This document shows, piece after piece, positions 8,801 to 17,435 of a stretch of 64,000 nucleotides of DNA. Within the stretch, counting starts at the first letter, position 1; every line of letters starts with the position of its first letter. The notes beneath the pieces were generated by a model. That model saw only the letters and a list, made by a program, of their open reading frames with translations. It did no database searches and was not told where the DNA came from. Origin of the DNA: Pyrinomonadales bacterium (GTDB lineage Bacteria; Acidobacteriota; Blastocatellia; Pyrinomonadales; Pyrinomonadaceae); contig JBBRPZ010000011.1 of NCBI GenBank assembly GCA_038227175.1, positions 16,182 to 80,181 of the forward strand, given 5' to 3'. A program made the position numbers and the translations under genes.

Positions 8801-9157
8801 TTATTTCTTATCTTGGCGGAGTTCGTCATGGACGAATTTTGCCATCAGATTTAATTCACGCTCGGTTAATTGGTCGCGAAAGGGCGTCATGCCGTTGCCG
8901 CCGCCGGCGATCTGTTTGAGTATCTCAGCTTCGCTGTGAAATTTTAGCTCCCCGTAACGCATGTTCGGCACGATCTTGCCGTCGTCGAGCGTTTTGCCTT
9001 CACCTTCGGGGCCGTGGCAAATTGCGCAGTGCTGACGGAATAGCGAGGCTTCGTAGGCCTTACTGTCGGCGATAGAGTATTTTCGCGGCTTCGAGTCAAG
9101 GCATCCCACTGCGATCACGGCAAATATGATAAGGACGGTCAGCTTTGAGTAAAACAT
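8801..9157 (-). CDS. Class I c-type cytochrome, membrane/lipoprotein-anchored
   Basis: CAICHG haem-binding motif and a downstream Met ligand region (GNGMTPF). There is an N-terminal hydrophobic segment ending in Cys. ATG 9157 is preferred, because the GTG at 9169 lies inside the RAYT inverted repeat. Confidence 0.8.
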   Translation of the reverse strand: MFYSKLTVLIIFAVIAVGCLDSKPRKYSIADSKAYEASLFRQHCAICHGPEGEGKTLDDGKIVPNMRYGELKFHSEAEILKQIAGGGNGMTPFRDQLTERELNLMAKFVHDELRQDKK

Positions 9158-9159
9158 AG

Positions 9160-9728
9160 GAATTGCCACTAGCTTTAGCTACTGGAAAAGTGTGAACAAA
9201 ATCCGGGCTTTAGCCCAATCATTATTGTCCGTCGGTGATGCGTTTGAATCCACCTCGCGCCAGAAAATCTTCAAATTCTTCGTTAAAAGGGCGGGTTGGT
9301 GTTCTTCCTGGGAGTCGATATATTTACGCACATTAGGCAGAACTGATTCGCTCACCGAGACAACGAAGTACTCGTCCTGCCAATGGAATTTGCCGCGACA
9401 CATCTGTTGCTTGTTTATCCAGAATGAAGATTCACCCTTGAGTAGCCGCATTATGTCATCGATAGTTTGTCCTGAACCGAGAGAAATAAGGCAGTGTACA
9501 TGTTCTACCCAGCCATTGAGAGCACCGATGAAGATGTCTTTAGCTCGAGCATTTTTACGGATGTGGTCAAAGACCTTGTGGCGGATGGATTCGGTTAACA
9601 AAGGTTCCCGATCCTTTGTGGTCCACACAAAATGTAACCATACGCTTATGTGAGGCATAAGTATGTTTGGGCTAAAGCCCGGAATTAGTTTTCTAAACTA
9701 ACCCACTAGCTAAAGCTAGTGGCAATTC
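9160..9728 (-). mobile_element. RAYT unit: Y1 transposase gene bracketed by inverted double-hairpin REP-like repeats
   Basis: The left end 9160-9217 (gaattgccactagctttagctactgg...tccgggctttagccca) is the reverse complement of the right end 9668-9728 (tgggctaaagcccgga...ccactagctaaagctagtggcaattc). Confidence 0.8.
9179..9658 (-). CDS. REP-associated tyrosine transposase (IS200/IS605 TnpA-like Y1 transposase)
   Basis: HISVWLHFVWTTKDREPLL and VEHVHCLISL (HUH-type motif) with a later Y-containing helix. No tnpB is adjacent. Confidence 0.85.
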   Translation of the reverse strand: MPHISVWLHFVWTTKDREPLLTESIRHKVFDHIRKNARAKDIFIGALNGWVEHVHCLISLGSGQTIDDIMRLLKGESSFWINKQQMCRGKFHWQDEYFVVSVSESVLPNVRKYIDSQEEHQPALLTKNLKIFWREVDSNASPTDNNDWAKARILFTLFQ

Positions 9729-9764
9729 ATTTAAGATCAATTTGCCCAAAAAGGTCGGCTCGCC

Positions 9765-11357
9765 TTAGTCTGTTTCTTCTTTGAGTGCCCGTTTGTAAAT
9801 CTTGCCGGTGCGGCCGAGTGGCAGTTCGTCGCGAAATTCGACGTGACGCGGATATTTATTGGCGGCGATCTGGGTTTTACACCATTCGATGAACTCGGTT
9901 TTGGTAAGCTCAGCGTCTTTATTGAGCACGACGAAGGCCTTGACCTCTTCGCCGAGGCGGTCGTCATGCACGCCGATCACGGCACAAAGAGAGATGGCCG
10001 GATGGGTGATGATGACCTCTTCGAGTTCGCGGGGATAGATGTTGTAGCCGCCGCGAAGGATCATGTCTTTTTTGCGGTCAACGATGGCGAGATAACCTTC
10101 GTTGTCCATAGTACCGATGTCGCCTGTGTGAAACCAGCCGTTGCGAAACGCCTCGGCGGTGGCCTCGGGGCGCTTGTAATAGCCTTTCATAACGTTGGTC
10201 CCGCGAATGACGATTTCGCCACGCTCGCCGCGGGGCACCTCGGTGTCGTTCTCGTCAAAGCACCGCACATCGACGCCGAAGATCGGCTGGCCTACCTTGC
10301 CGGGTTTTGAGACTTGTTCAAAATGATTAAATGTCGCGAGCGGCGACGTTTCCGAAAGGCCGTAGCCCTCCATCACGCGGACGCCGAATTTCTCCTGAAA
10401 ATCCAGCATAACCTCGACCGGCATCGGTGCTCCGCCGGAGGTGCAGACTTTCATGTTGTCGGCGATGTGACTGACGTCGTAGTCGTTATCCTCAGCATAT
10501 TTTAGCAGCGACCAAAACATCGCCGGGACGCCTACCCAGAAATTCACCTTCTCCGCGACCATCGTATCGAGCGTAGTTTTGGCGTCAAAGCGCGGGAGCA
10601 GCACGACGCGGTTGCCGCCGTAGAGATTGGTGTTCATTTGCACGGTCTGTCCCGTGGTGTGAAACAGCGGCAGCGTGATCAGAACCGTTTTTTGTTTGCC
10701 ATCCGTAAAATCAAGCACTGGCAAATGAATACCCCAGCCCGTGACGACGTTAGACCAGAGATTGAGGTGCGTCAATTCGGCTCCTTTAGGCTGACCGGTC
10801 GTACCCGAGGTGTACAGGATCGCACAAGTGTCGTCGGGCCGCGTCGGGTAGATGTCGAATTTGCCCGATTTATCGGCGGTAATCTGCGTCAGCGTTTTAT
10901 GTTCAAGGAATGGACTCGCACCCATGATGTCGCTGGTCATCACGACAAGATGCTCACATGTCTCGACCTCGTCAAACGCCGTCTTGGTCGATTTGGCGAG
11001 CGGCAGTTCGTCGGTGCCTTCGTAGACAAATACGGCCTTTGCTTCGGAATCACGCAGGTGATAGGCGATTTCGCGGGGCGTAAAAAGCACGCAAATCGGC
11101 ACAACGGCGGCACCGGCCTTCATAATTCCATAATAGACGATCGGGAAATAGGGAAGATTTGTGCAGTTGAGCGCGACCTTGTCGCCGTAGCCAATGCCCA
11201 TTTCCGTCAATGCATTTGCGATGCGGTTTGACATCGCGTCGAGTTGCCCAAACGTCAGCCGCACGTCGTTCCACACGATCGCCTCTTTTTGCGGAGACAG
11301 CCGCGCGTGGTGCGAGATTATCGAGGCTAAATTTAAAGTCGTAGCCGAGTTTTGCAT
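9765..11357 (-). CDS. AMP-dependent acyl-CoA synthetase/ligase (long-chain fatty acid-CoA ligase-like)
   Basis: YTSGTTGQPKG AMP-binding motif, GYGLSETSP, GWFHTGD, and C-terminal GKIYKRALK. Confidence 0.88.
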   Translation of the reverse strand: MQNSATTLNLASIISHHARLSPQKEAIVWNDVRLTFGQLDAMSNRIANALTEMGIGYGDKVALNCTNLPYFPIVYYGIMKAGAAVVPICVLFTPREIAYHLRDSEAKAVFVYEGTDELPLAKSTKTAFDEVETCEHLVVMTSDIMGASPFLEHKTLTQITADKSGKFDIYPTRPDDTCAILYTSGTTGQPKGAELTHLNLWSNVVTGWGIHLPVLDFTDGKQKTVLITLPLFHTTGQTVQMNTNLYGGNRVVLLPRFDAKTTLDTMVAEKVNFWVGVPAMFWSLLKYAEDNDYDVSHIADNMKVCTSGGAPMPVEVMLDFQEKFGVRVMEGYGLSETSPLATFNHFEQVSKPGKVGQPIFGVDVRCFDENDTEVPRGERGEIVIRGTNVMKGYYKRPEATAEAFRNGWFHTGDIGTMDNEGYLAIVDRKKDMILRGGYNIYPRELEEVIITHPAISLCAVIGVHDDRLGEEVKAFVVLNKDAELTKTEFIEWCKTQIAANKYPRHVEFRDELPLGRTGKIYKRALKEETD

Positions 11358-11400
11358 CGAAGTGCCATTTCTAAGGAGTTTCCGGTTGGGTAGATTTTAA

Positions 11401-12981
11401 CTATACAGCACGGGCGGTGTCAAAATTCATTTGCGGTGTCGAGAAAATGTCCTCGCCAAGCCGCTGGACCGAGTGCGTTCGCCATTCTTCGTGCCGCTCG
11501 GGAAAGTCCGAGCGAAAATGCCCGCCACGTGACTCTTCGCGCCAGAGAGCGGCGGTGGCGACGAGCTTTGCCAGCGTCACAAACTTTCGCGACGAGGTGC
11601 TCAAATTACCCGCCGCTATCTGATCGAATTCTTTCAGAGCCCGGCGAAGCGAATCGCGGTCGCGGATAATGCCGACGCGATCCCACATCACGCGTTTGAT
11701 ACGCTTGCGAACCGCCGTGCTCAGTGCGGAGTGCGAAGTGCGGAGTGCGGAGTCATCGGAAACATACTGCCGACTGCCTACCGCAAACTGCCTACTGTCT
11801 TCTGCGGCGGCCTGGCCCGCTCTCGCACCAAAAACCAGCCCTTCGAGCAGGGAATTCGACGCCAGGCGATTTGCTCCGTGGACGCCGGTACACGTCACCT
11901 CGCCCGCGGCATAAAGTCCCGGCAGCGTGCTTCGGCCCCACAGGTCGGTGCGGATGCCGCCCATGCAGTAATGCGATGCGGGCGAGACCGGGAGCAGGTC
12001 TTTTGCGATATTGAGGCCGAAGGCGGAGCAAGTGGCGTAAATCGTGGGGAATCGATGTTTCAAAAATTTCTGATCGAGCGCCGTCATGTCGAGAAAAACG
12101 TTGCGCGTTCCGGTCCGCCGCATTTCGGCGACGATCGAGCGTGAGACGATGTCGCGGGGAGCGAGTTCGAGGCGTTCATCGTAACGCGGCATAAAGCGTT
12201 CGCCGTATTTATTTCTCAGTATGCCGCCCTCGCCGCGCATCGCCTCGGTCAGCAGAAATCGCGGGGCTCGTTCGAGATCGAGAGCCGTCGGGTGAAACTG
12301 GACGAATTCCATATCCGCCATCTCGGCACCCGCAAAATACGCCATCGCCATGCCGTCGCCGGTCGCCACCGGCGGGTTCGTCGTGTGCATATAGAGCTGT
12401 CCGGCACCGCCGGTACACATGATCACGGCCTTCGCGTGGAGTTCGCGCGGAGTACGCAAAACGGGGTCGCGAAACCGCACGCCAACGCATCTGTCGTCGT
12501 TGATGATCAGGCTCTCGGTATTAGCAAAAGGCGTCAGATTAATCGCTTTTTCCGCACCGGCCCGAGCGATCAACGAACGGACAAATTCCGCTCCCGTCGA
12601 ATCGCCATGCGCGTGCAAAATACGCCGTCTTGAATGGGCCGCCTCCTGTCCCATCAACAGTTTGCCACCCTCGCGGTCAAACTCGGTGCCCCAATCGATA
12701 AGCTGATTGATGTATTTTGTCCCTTCGGTAACTAGCGTCTCGACTGCCTTTGTATCGCACAAACCTGCACCGGCAACGAGCGTGTCATCCTCGTGCAGTT
12801 CGGCGTTATCGTCCTCAGCAAGTACCACCGCAACACCGCCCTGGGCATATTCCGTGTTCGATTCGCTGGCTTTATCTTTGGTGAGAACCGCCACCCGCGC
12901 GCCGTTCGTAGCCAACTCAATAGCCGCACGCAACCCCGCAACGCCGCTGCCGATCACGATAAAGTCCGTTTCGAGAGACAT
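11401..12981 (-). CDS. nadB: L-aspartate oxidase
   Basis: DFIVIGSGVAGLRAA FAD motif directly after Met at 12981, then YAQGG, HPTAL, RGEGG and NRLASNSLLEGLVFG. The ORF extension to 13104 has no homology-like sequence. Confidence 0.9.
   Translation of the reverse strand: MSLETDFIVIGSGVAGLRAAIELATNGARVAVLTKDKASESNTEYAQGGVAVVLAEDDNAELHEDDTLVAGAGLCDTKAVETLVTEGTKYINQLIDWGTEFDREGGKLLMGQEAAHSRRRILHAHGDSTGAEFVRSLIARAGAEKAINLTPFANTESLIINDDRCVGVRFRDPVLRTPRELHAKAVIMCTGGAGQLYMHTTNPPVATGDGMAMAYFAGAEMADMEFVQFHPTALDLERAPRFLLTEAMRGEGGILRNKYGERFMPRYDERLELAPRDIVSRSIVAEMRRTGTRNVFLDMTALDQKFLKHRFPTIYATCSAFGLNIAKDLLPVSPASHYCMGGIRTDLWGRSTLPGLYAAGEVTCTGVHGANRLASNSLLEGLVFGARAGQAAAEDSRQFAVGSRQYVSDDSALRTSHSALSTAVRKRIKRVMWDRVGIIRDRDSLRRALKEFDQIAAGNLSTSSRKFVTLAKLVATAALWREESRGGHFRSDFPERHEEWRTHSVQRLGEDIFSTPQMNFDTARAV
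11725..11797. repeat. Two 4 x 7-bp word arrays inside nadB
   Basis: gtgcgga gtgcgaa gtgcgga gtgcgga, then a 14-nt spacer, then ctgccga ctgccta ccgcaaa ctgccta. Confidence 0.8.
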
Positions 12982-13165
12982 TAAGAAAAATGTAACATAA
13001 ATAAGTCCCCCGATGCAGTATTCCGCCCGTGAACATGGCGTAACACTTAACTTGTATGGTACGCCCTTGCCGATCCGCGAAATATACACCGATGGATTAA
13101 TCAATACGCTTCGCCGTCGGTCGATCTATTGACTAAACTCAGACATGATCTTGATGAAAACTAAT

Positions 13166-13197
13166 AAGCCTGCCCATCGAAATGGGCAGGCTTTTTT
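13166..13197 (-). terminator. Stem-loop terminator after the LysM gene (bidirectional shape)
   Basis: aagcctgccca tcgaaa tgggcaggctt, an 11-bp perfect stem. It is flanked by an A-run/T-run and lies 17 nt downstream of the stop at 13214. Confidence 0.55.
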
Positions 13198-13213
13198 AAC
13201 ATGAATTTTCCGG

Positions 13214-13588
13214 TTAGGGAATCTTCAATTCCTGTCCCGGATGAATCATGTCCGGGTTGTGGATGGTGTCGCGGTTGGCGTCAAAGATCGCCTTCCATGC
13301 AACGCCGTATTTGGCACCGATCTTCGAGAGGCTGTCGCCTGGTTCGACGGTGTATGTATTGGCACCGCCGCCGGCGTCGGCCCCTCCGGTGGTGACATTC
13401 AGGATCAGGTCGCTCGACGAAAAGCCGGGGTCGAGGGTTTCGTATTCGGCCCAAAGAGCAGCTTTCGCGGCGTCGTCCGGGGCCGATCCATTGATGTGTA
13501 GAACTCCATCGCCTTCCTCTAGCGTATAGGTCGTGCCGTTGGAATTCGCGAGTTCAAGAAGTGACTGATATTTTTCTTGTAGTGACAT
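13214..13588 (-). CDS. LysM peptidoglycan-binding domain protein
   Basis: C-terminal YTVEPGDSLSKIGAKYGVAWKAIFDANRD...HPGQELKIP is a canonical LysM domain. Confidence 0.8.
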   Translation of the reverse strand: MSLQEKYQSLLELANSNGTTYTLEEGDGVLHINGSAPDDAAKAALWAEYETLDPGFSSSDLILNVTTGGADAGGGANTYTVEPGDSLSKIGAKYGVAWKAIFDANRDTIHNPDMIHPGQELKIP

Positions 13589-13606
13589 ATTTCCTCCTGT
13601 TTCGGC

Positions 13607-14086
13607 CTATTTCTCTGTGATCTTGTTGATTACTTTCTTCGGTTTCGCTTCGTTCGCGGCCATCATAATATCAGGCCATTTAGCTTTAGGTGCGATACCG
13701 CTCAACGTCACTTCACCATCCGAAACGGTCACGGTGATGCCAGTAATACTCTTTTTCTTGAGCGACTCGTTGATCGTGCCCTCAAGCGTCTTGTCAGGTG
13801 ACGGCGGCGGCGGGGGCGGCAGCGGCTTTAGCGTGCAGTTGTTGGTCACGGACTTGATGCCCTCGACCGCTTTGACCGAAGTCTCTGCTTTTGCTTTCAC
13901 CAACTGATCGGCAACCTCGCCCGTCAGCGTGGCCACGCCGTCTTTGACGGCAACAGTCACACCCGTAACCTTATCGGCGGTCAGCTTATCTGTGGCCGCT
14001 TTTGTCAGGTCAGCATCGCTCTTGCCGCATGCGCTCATGAATAGAGCGACCGCCAGCATTAGAACTGTTAAAAATTGAACTTTCAT
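13607..14086 (-). CDS. BON-domain lipoprotein (two BON domains, poly-Pro linker)
   Basis: MKVQFLTVLMLAVALFMSACG lipobox, with GGAGG 5 nt upstream of ATG 14086. Two repeats of the type V.V.DGV.TL.G.V. are present. Confidence 0.8.
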   Translation of the reverse strand: MKVQFLTVLMLAVALFMSACGKSDADLTKAATDKLTADKVTGVTVAVKDGVATLTGEVADQLVKAKAETSVKAVEGIKSVTNNCTLKPLPPPPPPSPDKTLEGTINESLKKKSITGITVTVSDGEVTLSGIAPKAKWPDIMMAANEAKPKKVINKITEK

Positions 14087-14261
14087 TTTTCCTCCCGAAA
14101 AATTCTGTCTATTATGTACGTCTATTATCGCAAATACCCAGTGAATATAGGCGATCCTAAGCAACCGATACTCTACCCGAAAAGCCCGCGGCGAGTTCTA
14201 ATTAATTAGTGATTTTATAGTGATTGAAATTCGCAAATTTCGCAAGATAAAAATGCTAATT

Positions 14262-14777
14262 TCACGAGAAAATTTCTTCCACGATCTGCTTTGCGACCTG
14301 GTATGACGTGTAGTCCGAGCGGACGATAAAATGCCAATCGGCGAGGCAATAGACCTTTTGCCGCTCCTCAAAGAGTTGTCGCGTCACGGTTTTGTTACGC
14401 GCAAGTGGTCGGTCCTTACGTGAGTAGGTGATGTTGAGCCAGCAGTGCTCGAACGAAGATTCGAGCCAGACGGTGGTGAAGCCACTCGCTTTTAGCAGGT
14501 CGCGGTTGGCGGGAACGGTCCACGTGCCGCCGCCTAAGCTTAGGATATTAGAATCCATCTCGTTTAGGACTCGTTCAAGATTTTGCGATTCGAGCGTGCG
14601 GTAAAATTCGATGCCATCCTGGTCAATAATATCTGCCACGACGCGACCGGCGTTTTGCTCGATGACCCGGTCGAGATCCACCCACCGGCACTTCATCACA
14701 TGAGCAAGGTGACGCGCGACGCTAGATTTCCCGACGCCCATAAAACCCGTTAATGCTATGCGAGTGTCTTTACTCAT
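14262..14777 (-). CDS. aroK: Shikimate kinase
   Basis: GFMGVGKSSVARHLA P-loop, about 170 aa, adjacent to aroA. Confidence 0.88.
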   Translation of the reverse strand: MSKDTRIALTGFMGVGKSSVARHLAHVMKCRWVDLDRVIEQNAGRVVADIIDQDGIEFYRTLESQNLERVLNEMDSNILSLGGGTWTVPANRDLLKASGFTTVWLESSFEHCWLNITYSRKDRPLARNKTVTRQLFEERQKVYCLADWHFIVRSDYTSYQVAKQIVEEIFS

Positions 14778-14790
14778 TTAAGATAATTTG

Positions 14791-14973
14791 ACCGCGAAAT
14801 ACGCGAAAAGACGCGAAAAAAAAGATATGACTTTGCCCGCAAATAACGCGAATAACCGCGAATCAAGAATTATAGAAACGTCTATCTGCCTTTTATTCTT
14901 ATTCGGGAATATTCGCATAATTCGCGGGCAAATATATCGTTCCCTTTTTCGCGTCTTTTCGCGTATTTCGCCG
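14791..14973. repeat. Nested 183-bp palindromic element between aroA and aroK
   Basis: The outer arms are 27 bp and perfect: gcgaaatacgcgaaaagacgcgaaaaa (14794-14820) against 14945-14971. The inner arms are tttgcccgcaaataacgcgaataaccgcgaat (14832-14863) against 14901-14932. Confidence 0.9.
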
Positions 14974-16281
14974 TTAAGCCTCTTTTCCTACGACCGAAGC
15001 AAGCGTATCAAAAAATCCGGGAAATGAGATATCCGCACAGTCCGCGCCCATGATCTCGGTTTCGCCGGTCGCGAACAGACCGGCAACCGCGAAGGCCATT
15101 ACTATGCGGTGATCGCCGAATGAGTCTATCACCGCCCCATTGAGATCGGACCGCTCAACCTTAAATCCATCCGGGAATTCCTCGACCGCCGCGCCCATTC
15201 GTCGCAGATTTTCAACGATTGCGGCAATTCTATCGGATTCCTTAACCCGAAGCTCGGCCGCGTCGCGTATCTCAAGGCCGCCCTCGATTTGCGTTCCGAA
15301 GATCGCGAGGATTGGGATTTCGTCTATGAGAATGGCGACTGTGGGGCCATTTATCAGGTTCGATCCCGGTTTTTTGGGGCCGTAAATATTTCCCTGCGCC
15401 CGAATCGTGGCGACCGGCTCGTTGTTCACCTCGCGCTGATCCGACAATTGTAGATCGACGCCGAGATCGCAGAGGACTTCGAAAATCGCCGCCCGGCTCG
15501 CGTTAAATCCCACATTTGGAAGCGATACATCAGATCCATTCAAACACGCCGCCGCGACCATAAAAAACGCGGCCGACGAGATGTCTGATGGAACGATCAG
15601 GTCACGGGCCGTGAGCGTTGCGTCGCCTGAAACGGTAATTCGCGACCCGCCCATCGATTCCTCGACCGCGACATCGACGCCAAACCAACGCAGCATTCGC
15701 TCTGTATGGTCGCGGGTCTGGATGGTTTCGAGGACGGACGTTTCGCCATCCGCATTGAGCCCGGCAAGCAAGACGCACGATTTTATCTGGGCCGAGGCGA
15801 CGGGCGGCTGATATTCGATAGCGGTCAGCGGCTGCTTGCCGGAAATGTTGAGCGGTGCGCGGCCCTCGTCTGACGTGATCTCGGCTCCCATTTTTGTGAG
15901 CGGTTCGATAACCCGGTTCATCGGCCTTTTCTGGATCGATTCGTCCCCGACCAAAACAGACAAGAAATTTTGCCCGGCCACAATGCCGGAAAGCAGACGC
16001 ATCGTCGTGCCGCTGTTGCCGCAATCCAATGGCCCCGACGGCGGCGAAAAGCCTGTTTTGCCAACACCATTCACGACCACGAGATTGCCGTCGCGAGCTA
16101 TCGTGACGCCCAGAGATTGGAGACATGAGAGGGTCGACGAGCAGTCTTCGCTGGTCGCAAAATTGTCGATTCGAGTCTCGCCAATGGCGATTGCGGATAG
16201 CATTGCGGCCCGGTGCGATATTGATTTGTCACCCGGCAGCCGGACGGTTCCACGCACGTGTGATGCGGGTTTGATCTTCAT
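14974..16281 (-). CDS. aroA: 3-phosphoshikimate 1-carboxyvinyltransferase (EPSP synthase)
   Basis: LPGDKSISHRAAML, NSGTTMRLL, and RVKESDRIAA. ATG 16281 (MKIKPAS...) is preferred over 16326. Confidence 0.92.
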   Translation of the reverse strand: MKIKPASHVRGTVRLPGDKSISHRAAMLSAIAIGETRIDNFATSEDCSSTLSCLQSLGVTIARDGNLVVVNGVGKTGFSPPSGPLDCGNSGTTMRLLSGIVAGQNFLSVLVGDESIQKRPMNRVIEPLTKMGAEITSDEGRAPLNISGKQPLTAIEYQPPVASAQIKSCVLLAGLNADGETSVLETIQTRDHTERMLRWFGVDVAVEESMGGSRITVSGDATLTARDLIVPSDISSAAFFMVAAACLNGSDVSLPNVGFNASRAAIFEVLCDLGVDLQLSDQREVNNEPVATIRAQGNIYGPKKPGSNLINGPTVAILIDEIPILAIFGTQIEGGLEIRDAAELRVKESDRIAAIVENLRRMGAAVEEFPDGFKVERSDLNGAVIDSFGDHRIVMAFAVAGLFATGETEIMGADCADISFPGFFDTLASVVGKEA

Positions 16282-16361
16282 ATTTACAATCTTAGACCGA
16301 AACAGGCGGTTTTGTCTTGACAGCAACTGTCTTAAACGGCTAACTTACAGAACATACTATT

Positions 16362-16772
16362 GTGAGTGAGATACGAGAGATCAAGCTGCCCAGCCGCATC
16401 GAATCGGTCGATCAAGCGGCCATCGAAGCGGATGAATTCGCCAAACGCTGTGGCTTTGGCGAGGATTTTGTCTCCTCGCTCGACCTTGCCATTCGCGAAT
16501 CGGTGGCTAATGCCGTTAAGCACGGCAATAAATTCGACGAAACAAAACAGGTCGAAGTTACATTCGCCGATTCATCCGAAGGCTTTGAGGTTATTGTTCG
16601 TGATCATGGCAACGGATTTGCAATAGACGATATACCCGACCCGACAAATCCTGAAAATCTCTTAAAAGCTAACGGTCGCGGGATACTGTTCATGAATTCA
16701 TTTATGGACGAAGTGAGCTGGTCTAATCACGAGAACGGCGGAACAGTGGTGAAAATGTTGAAAAAGCGTTGA
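16362..16772 (+). CDS. Anti-sigma regulatory factor, Ser/Thr kinase (RsbW/SpoIIAB-like HATPase)
   Basis: ESVANAVKHGN N-box and DHGNGF G1-box. It has a GTG start and is followed by a STAS antagonist gene. Confidence 0.8.
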   Translation: MSEIREIKLPSRIESVDQAAIEADEFAKRCGFGEDFVSSLDLAIRESVANAVKHGNKFDETKQVEVTFADSSEGFEVIVRDHGNGFAIDDIPDPTNPENLLKANGRGILFMNSFMDEVSWSNHENGGTVVKMLKKR

Positions 16773-16870
16773 AAAGTGGAAAGGGTTAAATGTGAAAAAG
16801 TGAAAAAGTTTGGGTCAGATTATCGACCTTAAATTTTTTCACGTTTTCAGGTTTTCACATTTTCACTTTT
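16748..16870. repeat. Word-array hairpin element (gtgaaaa words)
   Basis: Left ...gaaaagtggaaagggttaaatgtgaaaaagtgaaaaag. Right ttttttcacgttttcaggttttcacattttcacttttt. The left arm begins inside the last codons of the RsbW-like CDS. Confidence 0.8.
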
Positions 16871-16920
16871 TAGACTAAAATCGGCTATCGCAAATTATAA
16901 AAAGTTAAGAGGAGAAACAC

Positions 16921-17268
16921 ATGGCAGATATTACAATTACGGAACGCCAGGCGGGCGACGTCACGATACTTGATCTCGCGGGCAAGGTAACGATCGGCGA
17001 GGGAAGCGTGGCTCTGCGAACGACGATTCGCCGCCTTCTGGGCGAAGGCAAAAACAAGATCCTGCTCAATCTGGCAGGTGTCGGATATATCGATTCGAGC
17101 GGCATCGGCGAACTGGTTTCGAGCTTTACCGCAGTCAAGAAAGAAGGCGGAATACTGAAACTTTTGAAATTGACGCAAAAGATCCAGGATCTCCTTGCGA
17201 TCACCAAGCTTTTGACCGTTTTCGACGTCTACGACGAAGAAGGCGAGGCTCTGGCCAGCTATAACTAA
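16921..17268 (+). CDS. STAS-domain anti-sigma factor antagonist (RsbV/SpoIIAA-like)
   Basis: The phosphorylatable motif context [11 protein letters not shown], and a length of 115 aa. Confidence 0.85.
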   Translation: MADITITERQAGDVTILDLAGKVTIGEGSVALRTTIRRLLGEGKNKILLNLAGVGYIDSSGIGELVSSFTAVKKEGGILKLLKLTQKIQDLLAITKLLTVFDVYDEEGEALASYN

Positions 17269-17435
17269 ACGCCCCGGGAATTAGCATTACGCCCGGCAAT
17301 GCAGATTAAGGGTAAAGGAAAAGCTGTTTGTTCCTTTATCCTTTCTCATTTTTGCCGCAGGTTTAATACATCTTTGACCGCCCAAAACTCATCTTTTAAT
17401 AGAGTAGAATTCTAAAGGACAGAAACGATTTATAA

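Noticed and set aside
9179-9658. Autonomous IS200/IS605 insertion sequence
   Set aside because: There is no tnpB, and the flanks are symmetric double palindromes rather than the asymmetric IS200/IS605 subterminal hairpins. It is better described as a RAYT with REP-like flanks.
12982-13104. N-terminal 41-aa extension of the nadB ORF
   Set aside because: The FAD-binding GSGVAG motif begins 10 residues after Met-42. The extension has no homology-like features, so the start at 12981 was adopted.
14788-15027. 79-aa ORF (MTAKYAKRREKKD...) between aroK and aroA
   Set aside because: It is a read-through of the nested palindrome. Its low-complexity peptide mirrors the repeat words, and its end overlaps the aroA 3' end on the other strand.
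16362-17268. RsbW/RsbV pair as something unusual
   Set aside because: This is a standard partner-switching kinase-antagonist pair. The absence of a sigma factor or PP2C phosphatase within the window is not informative.
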